A DNA stretch of 56,821 nt, counting the filler, from Sphacelaria rigidula (Eukaryota), in NCBI GenBank assembly GCA_964200075.2. It is 4 parts of 4 records of this genome, joined end to end, with 100 filler letters (N's around TTAATTAATTAA, not from the genome) between each part and the next. Parts side by side here need not be neighbours in the genome. Positions count along the whole stretch, not along the records: positions 28,464 to 42,593 come from CAXNAA020002442.1; positions 42,694 to 56,821 come from CAXNAA020002443.1; 2 more parts are not named here. One strand, given 5' to 3'. Below the pieces are notes generated by a model. It searched no databases. It was not told where the DNA came from and saw nothing but the letters and a program-made list of their open reading frames with translations. Of this stretch, positions 37,712-49,849 are shown one piece after another. The translations under genes and the position numbers were made by a program. Position 1 is the stretch's first letter; every line of letters starts with the position of its first letter.

Positions 37712-37960
37712 GAGGAATTCTTGGAGTTCTTCAACCTCCGACTGCAGGCGAAGTTCAACGATTTTGTAGACAAGGAGGGATGGCGTAATTTGTCCCCGAG
37801 ACACGGGACCGACGACGGGAACGATGTAGACTATGACGCTGCCGCTGATAACGGTGGAGGCGGGGTCCCAGGCACGGTTGAGGGTGGGGGAGACGGCATA
37901 GGGGGTATCGGAGGTTCTGATTCGGAGGAGCCGCTGGCGGTGAACGTGGATGGCAGGATG
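37712..37960 (+). CDS. GARP/MYB-CC exon: linker
   Basis: CAG/GTGAGA, 249 nt, phase 0; EEFLEFFNLRLQAKFNDFVDKEGW...PLAVNVDGRM. Confidence 0.85.
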
Positions 37961-38575
37961 GTGAGAGTAGCGCAGGGTTACGGGTGTAACGGCGTTCGGC
38001 TTGAGTAGGATGGGTTCAGAAGTTGGCGGTTGATACGCACGGACGGCCGATCCAACTTCTTTCATGTCTGATGTTCGACATTTTCGGACGGTTTGAACGC
38101 CGCCTGCCGGTGACACAGGTTCGTGTCGAAGTGGTCAGTATTGTTTTGTTTCTTGTTTCAATTGGGTCAAGTCTGACGACCTGCCAGTAGTCGTACGGTA
38201 TTAAGTAGACCGTGGCTTTGATCATACGTCTGTGTTGGTAGCCTTGCTCTCCGGGTGTTCTGTCTGTAGTTCGTCAGCCAGCCGATTGAGCGGACCAATT
38301 CACCATGTGCAAAAGCCAACAGCCGAACAATCCAATTCGAGTTCAATCTAATTCACTCGAAGCACCACAACAACCAAGGTCAGATGGGGTCACATGCGAG
38401 AGCCATCAACCTTCTGACCGCGAAGGCGTTATACCACTTGGTGTGTTGAGAGTGTTTGTTTCGTTTTGTGAAGAGTTGCTCCTGCATGCAATTACAAATC
38501 CCACAGTTGTCTCGACCGACGGATTGAATGATCAGTTGACCAACCAGCCCGGCCCAACTCAACCCTACCATGTTC

Positions 38576-38730
38576 AAATGAAGCGGAACAAAACGAAACG
38601 GAACAAAACGCAATGGAACGGAACAAAACGCAGTGAAACGGAACGGGACGCAACGAAATGGAACAAAGCGCAATGAAACGGAACAAAACGCAATGAAACG
38701 GAACAAAATGCAACGAACGCAACGGAACAG
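38576..38730. repeat. Degenerate pentanucleotide microsatellite (AACGG/AACAA/AACGC/AATGA)
   Basis: Directly visible; abuts the splice acceptor ending at 38730. Confidence 0.9.
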
Positions 38731-39063
38731 GTGGGAGACATCCTGGACCTCGGAGCGCAGTGCGTGCGAGAACAAGCCAACCTGCAGGATGTCCTCCGTC
38801 ATCACATCGCTGCGCAGCTCAAGCTCCAGGCCGAGATACACGAGCACCTCACCACCACTACAACGGCAGCCACGGCGGCAGCACCGCCACACCCACCACC
38901 CCTCTGCGGCACCCTTTCCACGGCCTCATCCGTGGCCGCCGAGAGTGAGGCCGGTAGCAACAGTCAACGTGGAGATAAGGCGTTATTGGGGTCAGGAGGG
39001 AACGGCGCGGAAACCAGTGAGGGCAGTGGGCACGGTGGGCGCGCAGATGATGGTTCGAGATAG
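38731..39063 (+). CDS. GARP/MYB-CC terminal exon: coiled coil and stop
   Basis: CAG acceptor; QANLQDVLRHHIAAQLKLQAEIHEH has the Q..VQ..L...L..Q..LQ..I.E register of the PHR1 LHEQLE coiled coil; TAG at 39061. Confidence 0.8.
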   Translation: MGDILDLGAQCVREQANLQDVLRHHIAAQLKLQAEIHEHLTTTTTAATAAAPPHPPPLCGTLSTASSVAAESEAGSNSQRGDKALLGSGGNGAETSEGSGHGGRADDGSR

Positions 39064-39654
39064 GGGCGAGGAGGTGGTCGGTTTCCAAGGAGGATCAGGA
39101 GAGGCGTCGGCTTCTGCACCTGGGAACGGGAGGGGGTAATGGGACAGTGGTGGAGCGTAAGGGGCAGGGTTGGAGAAGATGACGGCCTTGATGGTGAAGA
39201 AAGGATGGGGAGTTTGACTCTGAAGGGGACGCTCGGTTAACGAGAAATTGCGGCACACCAAATAAAAGTTTCTGCTGTGGCATCGATGATGGGTTGAAAA
39301 ATGTGCTGCCTCGTACAGTGAGTGAGTGCATGAGAGCGCTTCGCATCGCAGTGATCATGGAGGGGGAAAAAAAGCCGCGCTTAACGCCGTCTTGTGTGTG
39401 TAATTTGAAAAAGAGGGAAAAGTAAAAAAGAAACGGTCTTCTTCAACTGAGGAGGAAATTTCAGAACTGTTCGTTCGCCGTTCTTTTTATTCTGTTTTTC
39501 ACCTCCTTTGCCCATTTCACTTGTAGATGTAGTGCGTAAAAGTGTGCGCCTCCGCGTGTTTAATATTTGGCGGCTATGCACCCCTTGATCCATACGATGA
39601 TTTTGATTGCGTAGTTACAGGGATCCGCCCTTGAGTTTTATTTTACACTAGTTT

Positions 39655-40056
39655 TAGTGTTGGATATCTTATCGAAAGTTTCGATATATAGTATCGAAAT
39701 ATCGTTATCGTTACCTTTTCGAAAACATTTTGGTAAGACGACAAGACGTACGTACGGTGTAATTATTGGATTTTGTCGAATCTGAACACGTTTTTTCCCA
39801 GGCTGGGAGACCTTGATTTGGCCAATTTCGATGGGAAATAAAACAATATATCCCAATTCGTATTTTGCCTCCAGCGGTGCCTCCCGTGGGCCCCCCTCAT
39901 GAGCCGGGGGGGGGGGGGGGGGGGCATTTGGGGCTCCCACAGCGAGCGGACTCGCCGCGGGTCGGCTTCGCCGAAAATTATCGAAAATTTTCGTTATCGA
40001 ACGCTGAAAAAGTTGAGATCGTTTCGAAATGCTAAATGGTTCGATATCCAACACTG
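39655..40056. mobile_element. hAT-type MITE with 8-bp TSD
   Basis: TIR TAGTGTTGGATATC ... GATATCCAACACTG; flanks ACTAGTTT / GCTAGTTT (7/8 match); TATCGA subterminal motifs as in 11526-11867. Confidence 0.85.
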
Positions 40057-40959
40057 GCTAGTTTACTGTTTTATTGCTATCGGGATGATTCTTTGTTACC
40101 CGCGGTTGTTGTTTGTACTACAGTATTCCACGTGAACTGGGTGTAATATTTACGGTTTGAGCACTTTTTGTACATAGCGAGACTAGTAGCAAGGTGGAAT
40201 CAACTGCGGCAGATCTCTAATGATGTTGTTCATTCTTGTCTCAACGTGTACTCGTTCATATATGTCTTTACGCGTTCTTATTATTTTTCGTCTGTTTGCG
40301 TTTTTGTTCACTTTTGGGCCGAGTTCTGTACATGAGCTGTTGCAGATCGTATGTGCTCAGGGGCGAGTGGGAATTGGTTGAAACTGTGGGGTGACGTAGC
40401 TCGTTCGTTGTGGGTTGTCGAGAGATTGTTTCCATGATGAGGTCTCCCCACATAGCTCTTGCCCGCGAATCCACACTCCATGGAACATGTTCCTTCCTAG
40501 ATCTTTGCTGCTTATCTTGGGTTGTTTTTTTCTGGTAGGTCATGTTCCATCATTGACATGCGCAAGCGAGAGGTGGCGCCTTTCACATCCATCTCGAGGT
40601 CGGTCGGTGTCACAGGTAACAATGTTTTCGTGAGATTAAGAGTAGAGGATACAATTGAGAGTAAAAAGCGGTAAATTAGTGAATGAATCGTAAATGCCCC
40701 TCCACGAGGCTCGATGTGCCTTTTAGTAGCTTGACACCGAGGCCGTTGATATCCCTGAGTAGGATATCGACGTGTAGCTGTAAGCACACGCCAGGGATGG
40801 AGGCAAATAAAAGCACACACGGGATAAAAAATTGGCCAAGTTGAAGCGAATTACCGAAGCCACTCCCAATCAGCGCTCTACTCTCAATCTCACGAAAACG
40901 TTGTTTAATGTGCTCTACTGAAGTTCGAGTCGAACACCACACTATGACCGATGTCAGTT

Positions 40960-42570
40960 ACTCCGAGACAATTATTTCGCCTACCGTAGAGCTTGAGGCG
41001 GCTGAAGTCGAGGTATTTCAGTCAGCGAACAGTTCTTGCGTAAAAAAACACGCTTGTCCTTTCATAGGATCAAGATCCCTACTCTGAGACGCGCGCTCCT
41101 AGAGCTGGAGGAGGTGACTTGAGCCAAGGTCTCTCGATGAACGAGTATCATTGCTTGGGCCAGTGAACATTTTTTGTCTTCTCTTGAAATCAAAACCCCT
41201 CCTCCGAGACATGTGCTCCTACTGATGAAAGAGCTCAGAGCAGCGAGATGGAGGGGTTCTGGCCAGGGTCGAGATATCGCAGCTACCACTGTTGCTTAGC
41301 ACGTCGTTATTCGTTCCGATTATTACCTTGGCCAAGGAATATGTCTTTAATTGGTCAGAGTGTTGTGGAGTATGTCCTCCAGATGAGAACATCTACAGTA
41401 ATTTGGATCACCACGTACCGCTAGGACTCGTGGCGGCGGAAGTGAAGGGTTCTGATCAGCGAATGCCGCGTCGGCCAGAGAGTTTTTTTTTCGTTTCTTA
41501 ACACTATACCTCCCTCGAGACATGTGCTCCTAGAGCTGGAAACGCGTAAAGTGATATTCTGACCGGCGAAGATTTCTGTCCCGCGTTGAAATCAAGACAC
41601 CTATCCCGAGGAACGCGCTCCTAGAGCTCCAATCGGCTGAAATGAGAGACTACAGTTATCGAAGTTTTCGTCTGTCGGTATTTTAGTCTTCCTTGCACTC
41701 GAAACGCCTCCCTAGAGACGCGTGCCCCTACAGCTCAAAGCAGCCATGCTGGGGGATCCTGGCCACCGATCGTGTTTTTCGGCAAGCAAACATTTTTGTT
41801 GGCCAGCGACTGCTTTTATCCTTCCCTCGAAGTCGAGGGACCTACTTCGAGACACGTGCCACAAATGCTCTACACGGCTAGAATGAAGGACCCTTGCCAG
41901 TGAATATTTCTTCGGTTATCGAATATATTGTCGCTTCTCCAATAAATGGAGAGGCCTACATGACGCGTAGCCCCTGAGCTGCCTGCGGCCGAGGTTCAGG
42001 AATCCCGGCCGGCGAGTGCTTTTTCGGCCGACGAATATATTTTCGGCGAGCAAGTAAGTACTTTATCTCGTCCTCAATCCAAGATATTTACTTCTTGGAG
42101 GCACATGCTCGTATACCTCGAGACGGGTAGAATGGCGGAATCGGGAGGGTGAGTATTTCTTCGGTCAGCGGATGCTTTTTGCTCTCTTCTTGAATGCAAT
42201 ACACCAACAATGTCAAGACATGTGCTTCGAGAGCTTCGGGTGGCCCAAGTTCACGGGTTTCTGACCAGCGAATACTGTTTCAGTCAGCGTGTACTTTTGT
42301 CTCATCTTGAAATCAAGTCGCCTACGTTCTCCGAGAAGAACTCTAGGCCGCTGAAGTTCACGGATTTCGACCGGAGAGTTTTCCTCGGTGGGCGAGTATT
42401 TTAGTCTCACCTCAGAGACAAGACACGTGCTTCTAGACACGGGCTCCTAGAGTTTTAGGCAGCTGAAATTACGGCTTTCGATCAACGAATTTTTATTCGT
42501 CCAGCGGATATGTTTGTCTTATCTTGAAGCCAAAATGTAAGGAAGGCGTATCGCTAGAGTAGTCAGAGAC
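40960..42570. repeat. Degenerate tandem array, mostly 90-140 bp units
   Basis: Core GAGACA(C/T)GTGCTCCTAGAGCT-like motif near 41086, 41206, 41517, 41608, 41715, 41848, 41961, 42098, 42216, 42332, 42421 and 42545, usually preceded by TCTTGAAATCAAGA-like and followed by T.CTG.CCAG.GAA.TTTT-like motifs. Confidence 0.75.
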
Positions 42571-42593
42571 CTACGGGGGGAGACTGTCGTCCT

Positions 42594-42693
42594 NNNNNNN
42601 NNNNNNNNNNNNNNNNNNNNNNNNNNNNNNNNNNNNNTTAATTAATTAANNNNNNNNNNNNNNNNNNNNNNNNNNNNNNNNNNNNNNNNNNNN
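42594..42693. other. Artificial contig-joining spacer
   Basis: N44-TTAATTAATTAA-N44. Confidence 0.97.
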
Positions 42694-43848
42694 AAAAACG
42701 CAAGAACGCAAAAAACCCTCGGTAACCTGGTTGCCTAGCTTACGTAGTGAGTGGCGTGATTATAGCGTCATCGCCAACCTACGCCAACCCCATCGGGGAG
42801 CATATCGGAAGGGACGTATGGATCCGGGAGTGTACGTTTAATCCAGCACGTTGGGTCTACGTACTCGTCCCACTTGTCGGACAATGTATCAAGCATCCAT
42901 GCACCTGCCCTCTCAACGGTACCTTGACCTCCTGGGTGATTTGAGGGTCGGTGGTCCATTGGTAACTCAAGTCATTTACATCAATACCTCGCTCATGCTG
43001 CTGCGAGGCTCCCCCCTTTTAGGCTGCAAATTAATTTAGGCATGACGAACGTCTCACACCGGATGAATAGTAGGGTGCGGGCCACCGGTATCGACTCTTT
43101 TGTCGGGCGGGGGCGGCCAAAAGAGTTTTGGTGCCCAGTCGATGACCTGTGGTATGTATCGAATACCGGGTGTACATATGCAGTCAGTGTGCTGGAAGTC
43201 AATCTCCAAATCAGAGCTACAAAAGGCAACTCTTTACCATCGTTATAAGTTGAGACCGGCCGTTTTCCAGCGTCTGTACCCGTATGATCGAGCGTACTCG
43301 AGGTAGTCTCTGTTCGTACTGTTCGAGCAGAAATGACCCTGAAAAATAGCATGGTGTGTGTTAATTCAGTGTGCGCGTATTTAGTGTGTACCAGTGTTGT
43401 CAGGTCACAAATCAGTTGTCGCTGGATGACTAAAGTTGACATATGCTCATCACCGGTACTCACAACAGACACTGACGGTCCTAGATGTAGCACTCTGAAA
43501 AGCATCCTTCGAGTCTTCCATCTTCGTGTCGTTGAACAGAGCAGCTCGTGTTCGGTCAAGTTGGGGACTGTTGTTTCTTCTCTCCCCCCCCCCCCCCCCC
43601 CCCCCCCTTCTCCTCTTTCTCNNNNNNNNNNAAAAAAGAAGCTCGTGCTTGTGCAAAGTGGGGGGTGTTTTTTTTTTTCCCCCCCCCCCCCCCCCCCCCT
43701 TTTTTGCCATTCAATTGTAACAACTACACTGGATAAATGGGGGAAAGTGCTGATAGCGTTGGGGGTTTTGGGTATGAAACTGAACGATTTCGGAGCACAA
43801 CCCCCAGGTGTTCAAGACTCCTAACAACTACTGAAATAATCGACTATG

Positions 43849-44292
43849 AACACGGGATCTTACACATTTGGGATGGATCATGTATTGGGGATGAGGAGCG
43901 CGGAGGATTAAAATCTTCGTATCCGCACCAAATATTCGAAATATGGTTTCATTTCTTCACCTACTGATAGCTATTGACAACTGCTACACGCCGTAGAAAT
44001 TTGGAGTTCGATCACCGAAATGTTGGGGTCCTAGATGAAAAAAAACATTTCGGAACTATTCTGGCGTCCGCCCGGACACCCGGAATCCCACAAAACTTCT
44101 TTTTCACCTAGGACCCAAACATTTCGGTGTTCGAAATCCAAATATCTATGGCGTGTAGCAGTTGTCAATAGCTGTCAGTAGGTGAAGAAATAGAACCATA
44201 TTTCGAATATTTGGTGCGGATACGAAGATTTTAATCCTCCGGATTTCCATCCCCAATAAATGATCCATCCCCAATTTGTAAGATCCCATGTT
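43849..44292. mobile_element. MITE with ~200-bp TIRs inserted in the gypsy internal region
   Basis: Long inverted arms AACACGGGATCTTACA...CCTAG.TGAAAAA; flanks TATG / TATA; the paralogous copy has an empty TATA site at 51040-51043. Confidence 0.92.
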
Positions 44293-47200
44293 TATATCTG
44301 GTTCAACATCTCCAGACATGAAACGCTTTGGGGCGGATCTTTCTCAAATCTTGTGAACAGTACAGCCAAAGGATAACATGTCTCCCTAAAACCCAGACGC
44401 ATGAGCTGTAAGATGGCAAATAGAAGAATAACTCTATGATTTGATCTGGGATAATTTTTTATTAACAGAACCCATGAGTTGACCGTAATGTAAGAAGATA
44501 TTGTGCCGGATACCAGTACTTCCACGATGAGTCGTCACGATAGAGTCACGATACGGTTTTGCTATTTTGCACAGTTCAAGAGAGGGCGGCTGCCATTCGT
44601 TAGTGTGAAGGTACAGCGAAAACAACAGAATGAAATAAATGAAACCTAAAAACATCCACGCTCGAGATGAACACTGCAACAACACCAGAGTGAAGCGTGG
44701 CACGCAAAAATGAACTATTGGCGGGAGCGACTGTTACGAAAGCGATTATCATAGCCCTTGGCAATATGAGATAAGATACTCAATGTTCAGTCACACCTAG
44801 CAGTCAGTCCTGTTATGTAAACAAAAGAGGTACAGCAACCACCCAACGGAGCAAACCGCAAAATTGTATTCAACGCGGACACATACCGTCTTCGATGTAC
44901 CGTGCTTCCGCGTCCCGGCGTGGCCTGGTGAGGGAAAAACGGTCGCCATCGCATTTGGCGCCGTTTCTCTCGTGATGACACATATACCCAGGACAAGGGT
45001 GTGGGATGAAGTGTAAGGTCAGCACAAGTTGGGAGCACTGAGTACATGAAGATAAGAGCATGCCCTGGTCTTGTCACTCCTGTCGCGTATCGACTCGTTC
45101 CGTGTCGAGCACTGAATTCGACACATGACTTGTCATAAAAATAAGGGTACGAAAAGGGCTCCATCATCCAATGCAATAAGTACAGACATATCAGTAAGCG
45201 ACGAAATGTACGTGTGTAGAATATGTACTGCGAATAGAATCCTAAAATACAAAATATGCGAAACTGACTAAAATCGTGTATTTCCCAGAACAAAAACGCT
45301 CACCGCAAAAATGATATCCGGTGATACAACACAAGCGAAAACACTAGGGTGACACAAACACGATCAAAAATATAGTTAGCAAGGGTGAGCACAAAATACA
45401 ATATCGCAGTTCCCAAAAGCTAAACTGTCACCGCAGGGATGAAACCCTGTGAAGCCGGGCGCAGGGGTCGTCGCGGGAAAAAGCCGAAGAGCATTGTGGA
45501 TGAGTGGCAATTCAGCATGATGTATTGTGGTCATCACTTGTACTCTTTTCCGGAGTTTCAGTGGTCGTGATCGTAAGGCTGTTGTTGCATGAGATGCAAC
45601 AGTGGGAAGCTGTTTTTCATGGCCCCCTTTTTTATTTTTTAGATGATTGAACGATCTTGGCACTAGGGCTTGAGGATAGAACTGCCTGTACATGTTGCTA
45701 CGATATCCTCCCGGTTCTGTTCGCCGTCTCGGCTCGTACCTGAACTGGATGATATTACCTGTGTTGCTGGACGGACTCCCGGGTGTCTCGCTGCATGTGT
45801 CGTGTTGTGCTCAAGGTCGCATGTATAATCGTTTTGTGGTGCGGTACCGACAATGGTATGGTTCGCGGTACTCACAGAAGGGCTATGGGACGCTACTACA
45901 AAAAGAACACGAATGAAGAGAAAAATATTCTTCCGATAGATGGACGGGTGGGAGCTGATCGAGTAACCCACTATTGTACCTGTATTTTGGCGCCCTACCT
46001 TGAGGCAGGGTGTACCTGGTAGGGGGTAGACCTGTGGAGGGTTGGCTTGTGCATATATTCCCTCAACTGCATGGTGCAAAAATAAATAAATCGGATGTAT
46101 GGAAGTTACTCGCAGGCGAGCAGACCTGGATATATCGATTTTTCAATGCAGAAAATGAGCCAATCCTTCTTCTTCTTGTTTTGTTGCGGCGTCGGTGTAG
46201 TATATTAATCGCGTTGCTTCCACGGCATATTTTCACATGTGAGTAGACATTGTGTGTTGTTTGACATCTCATGGGTGATGGTGGGATAATCATGCATAAT
46301 GTAGCGTATATTGTGAGTAAAGTACACGTCGGTTCTGTTAATGAAAAAATGTTTTATCGCCGCTTTCTTGACAAAAAAGAAGAAAAGAATGAGCTCATAT
46401 CCCGTATTAAACAAGCGTATACCAGAGTTGTTATTCAGCGCTGGTGAGCGACCTACTATGAGGCCGACGGTTCAAATATTCCAATTAAAAAAAAACTGAA
46501 AAAAAAATAACACAGTAACATTTCCACTCAAGTCAGTGCTTACTCAGCCGGCGATATATAGTCTGAGTCTGAGTCGGTCGTGTATCGACGTACAACAAAA
46601 TGAAGGCAGAAATCGAGAGTGAGGCTAAAACAAAATGCCCAAAAAACAAATGAAGCGCTGCGTGAGGATTGCTTGCGGCAAACGATCCTGAATGATGATT
46701 TGTTTTGTGCGGGGCATGAGCCATTTCCTTTTTGCTCCTTCTTTTTTATTTTTTGTTGGGATCTGTTGGTATCTGTGGTCTGTTGATCGCGTTGCCCGAC
46801 ACAGAATATTGTCATGTTAGCTGTTGAAATTGATTAGCGTTTCATGGTTGTTGATGGGATGAGTGAGCATCGTGTGTTACATGCCGGTTCAGAGGAGAAC
46901 AATGACCTAGGTGCATGTCGTTTCATTACCGTTCATGTCCAAGAAGGGGAGAAAAGTAAGGAAGGAGAAGAAAAAAGGAACTGAGCTCATGTCTCGCACA
47001 AAGAAAAACTTCATTAATTCCGATTAGTCTCGCAAGCAATCAATGTATCCCTGTTGGGGCAATATTGTGCACGGAAGAATACGCGTTGCACTGGATGTGA
47101 GTCAAGTCGATCGTTGTGTCCGTTACACTATGTCATAAGAGCTATGTGGGGACTCGTATTTATAATAGACACTTATGCGCTTATAGCCTGGAAAGAAGGA

Positions 47201-48732
47201 ACTTTCAGCACGTGAAGGGTTGGGGGTAAAATACGACGTGTGGGTCGCTTGTGTGAGAGTACAACCGGATATACCATTATTTTTATGGGAGTTACGAACA
47301 TTTTTTTCGATAGCGGCGGCGATTACGGTTATTTTGTGCATTGCATGTAAGGTATATTTTGACATTTGGGTAAACATCTCATGTTGATGGATTTGTTAAG
47401 TGTGCACCATGTGGATAGCATTCATAGATTATACATGAATTTAATGAATCTCTTTTCATGCGAAAGTTGATCGTCGCCGCTGCCTGGGAAAATGTATGTT
47501 CATGGACTCGCACAAAAAAAAATTATATCCGTTCTGATCAGTTCGCGCGAGTGATCCCTTGATTTGCATTCTTCGTATACCTGGGTAGTGTTCTAGTTTC
47601 AAAGCTGAAACGATGTCCCAAAATCTACTGTGCACAAACGGTTCTCATCATGCTGCTCTGTATTATCCGTGTAGTCTATAGCTGCACCACACATGTTTGA
47701 CTTTCCAGTCGTGTGAGAACACAGAGCCGTGGGTAATTATCAGTCACCGTTGCTCACCTCAGCTCGATGTTTCTCGAGATGCACTGCCGGCTCATCGACT
47801 TAGCTTGCATACTGTAGTACAGTTTACCGATTACTCGTATCGATCAGTAAGAAAGCATATATGGGCGTTTGTGTGCGGGGGGACAACTGATTGTGGCAGT
47901 AGAACCTGATTCGTGCCCGACACAGGTACCAGCCCTGCGATGTTGATGCTGGATAAACGGGATGGTTAGGAAAGGTGACCCCGCCAACACTGGCAAGGTT
48001 CGTTGTATGCCTTTGTTTGCTAGGGCGATGTCTTATGCGACCACGTGCAAATCATGTGAAATAACTGGTGTTTGTCTACCATGAAAGTAGGCCAACAACC
48101 ACAAACAATTGCGAACCCTGTAGGGCAGTTTGCCAAGACTTTGATAAGCATAAATCTGACCCTGGACCCGCACATTGTGCTGCTATGAGGCAGACAGCTG
48201 CTACCAACAATCACCGAGGATACAGCAGCTTCGTGCTGGCTCAATCTTTTTGCCTCAACTTACATGCACCTGCCTTACGTGTCTTCTGTGGTAGTACGAG
48301 TATACAGTACTTACTGCAGGCCGAACACACAGCTGCAGACTCGTCACCTGATTGTTTGAAACTTGATTCTGCCGAATTTTGACCCCACCTCGATTCTGTG
48401 CGGACGGAAATACAGCATGCAGCATTACAAATGCTCACGCGCTCTTCAGCGCACATCGCACCGAGGTCGCCGTACGGAGTTTAGATGCACTACGGCACGG
48501 CAACAACTACCGCATTGCGGTGGCTAGGTCGGGAAGCACCTTGCTTGATCACTCAATACGCAACAGCCAACACCCTCTGACGGTTTGAACATTTGAACAG
48601 ATAGCAAACAACACTGTCTGCCTTGCAACATTTCTCACAGCGATGAACGCAGTGTCAAAAACTAAAGAGCTCATATGTAGCCTCAGCGGAGGTAAATTTG
48701 TTGTCGAGTGATTGCGTTTGCTTCTCCTGCTC

Positions 48733-48749
48733 TCTCGGATTGGGCACCA
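48733..48749 (-). promoter_or_regulatory. Primer-binding site (PBS) after the shared LTR
   Basis: TGGTGCCCAATCCGAGA immediately follows ...TGCGACA; it is complementary to a canonically shaped tRNA 3' end (T-CTCGG-ATTGGGC-A-CCA). Confidence 0.85.
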
Positions 48750-49230
48750 TGTCGCAGAAGAAAAGTAAATGCATTGGTGGGGTGTGGAAGGTAGCCTCTG
48801 GATGGGTTGCATCGGGTACGCAGGACATCCTAGGACCCTGTACAACAGTATGCAACGGCTACCGTACTAATGCAAGCCCTTTACGCCAAGACCATGCATA
48901 CCTTTCGCTTCTTGAGTCGATTACAGCTTTGCAGAAGAGGAGCGGCACGCAATGAGCACTGCGTATAGCATGTGGGCTATTCCTTGGTGAAGGGTGGGGG
49001 ATGTCGCATTCAGCGGTGAGCAATAGTGGAGTGCAGTTCATCATCAGGTGGCGAATATTGCTCTCAGAGATCGTTTGGGTCTTGCTTTTCTTCTGAGCAG
49101 AAGGGGATCACAGGCGCAGTTGCCTATCCCATGTTTTTAGTGTCTCATCCTCGAGCGGCTTAAGGTGTCAGGACCCGCAGTTGGATCACTTTATAGTCTC
49201 TTCTACAGGGTCATTATTTATCCTGTAACA
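48750..49230 (-). repeat. LTR (481 bp), shared middle LTR
   Basis: TGTTACA...TGCGACA termini; preceded by a PPT and followed by a PBS. Confidence 0.92.
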
Positions 49231-49241
49231 TCCCCCCTTTT
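49231..49241 (-). promoter_or_regulatory. Polypurine tract
   Basis: Minus-strand AAAAGGGGGGA directly before TGTTACA. Confidence 0.88.
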
Positions 49242-49358
49242 GGATTTGCCAAGTGTTTTACCAGGCATACCTAATCGGGTTGAGACTAGCGCAATCAACC
49301 AGGGATCGTGTGACATTAAGACGGCGCGTCATGCATACGTCCTCGTAGTTTCACACGA

Positions 49359-49550
49359 GGAAAATACGGGATAGAGACCCATTACGGCTGCACCCAGTTT
49401 CGTACACACTTCCCTGCAGTTCCCTACAAGGAAAATACAGGATAAAGAACCGTTTCGGCTGCACCCAGTTTCATACACACTTCTCTATGGCTTTCCACCG
49501 GGAAAGTACGGGATAGAGACCCGTTTCGGCTGCACCCAGATTCGGCTGTA
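49359..49550. repeat. Three ~71-bp tandem units in the element's 3' region
   Basis: GGAAA.TAC.GGATA...ACC..TT.CGGCTGCACCCAG at 49359, 49430 and 49500. Confidence 0.88.
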
Positions 49551-49849
49551 CCCGTCAGGCCAGGTAACTTTCTCATCTTCTTCTGCATCTCTGAGCTTGA
49601 GTGAATGTTCCACTCTTGTTCATCCTGTATCAGGTTCTCCACCTATAAATAACTCACTTGGGGGGGGTGCGCGTCTGGCGGCATGGCTTCTGCTACCTAT
49701 AGTTTGAAGCTCGTTGTCGGTGTGTACTGGATACCTCTCATTCTCAACTGCTAATTTTACGAAGTTCCCCCAGCTGAATTCCAACCACTCGTCGTACGCG
49801 TATCCCACACGCCCGTATGGATCAAAGTAATCATATAGCTTACCTGTCT

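Larger units (their letters stand above)
42798..48749 (-). mobile_element. Second (downstream, truncated) internal region of the tandem Ty3/gypsy element
   Basis: Starts with a PBS at 48733-48749, is collinear with about 50088-55491 (offset 6742 in the upper part), ends inside decayed integrase where another repeat (42720-42797) begins. Confidence 0.85.

Noticed and set aside
40960..42570. CRISPR-like array
   Set aside because: Repeats are highly degenerate, intervening sequences are homologous to each other, there are no cas genes and the context is eukaryotic.
43538..43700. Apparent duplication around the 10-N gap
   Set aside because: A low-quality re-read across poly-C; the sister copy at about 50837-50900 has the segment once.
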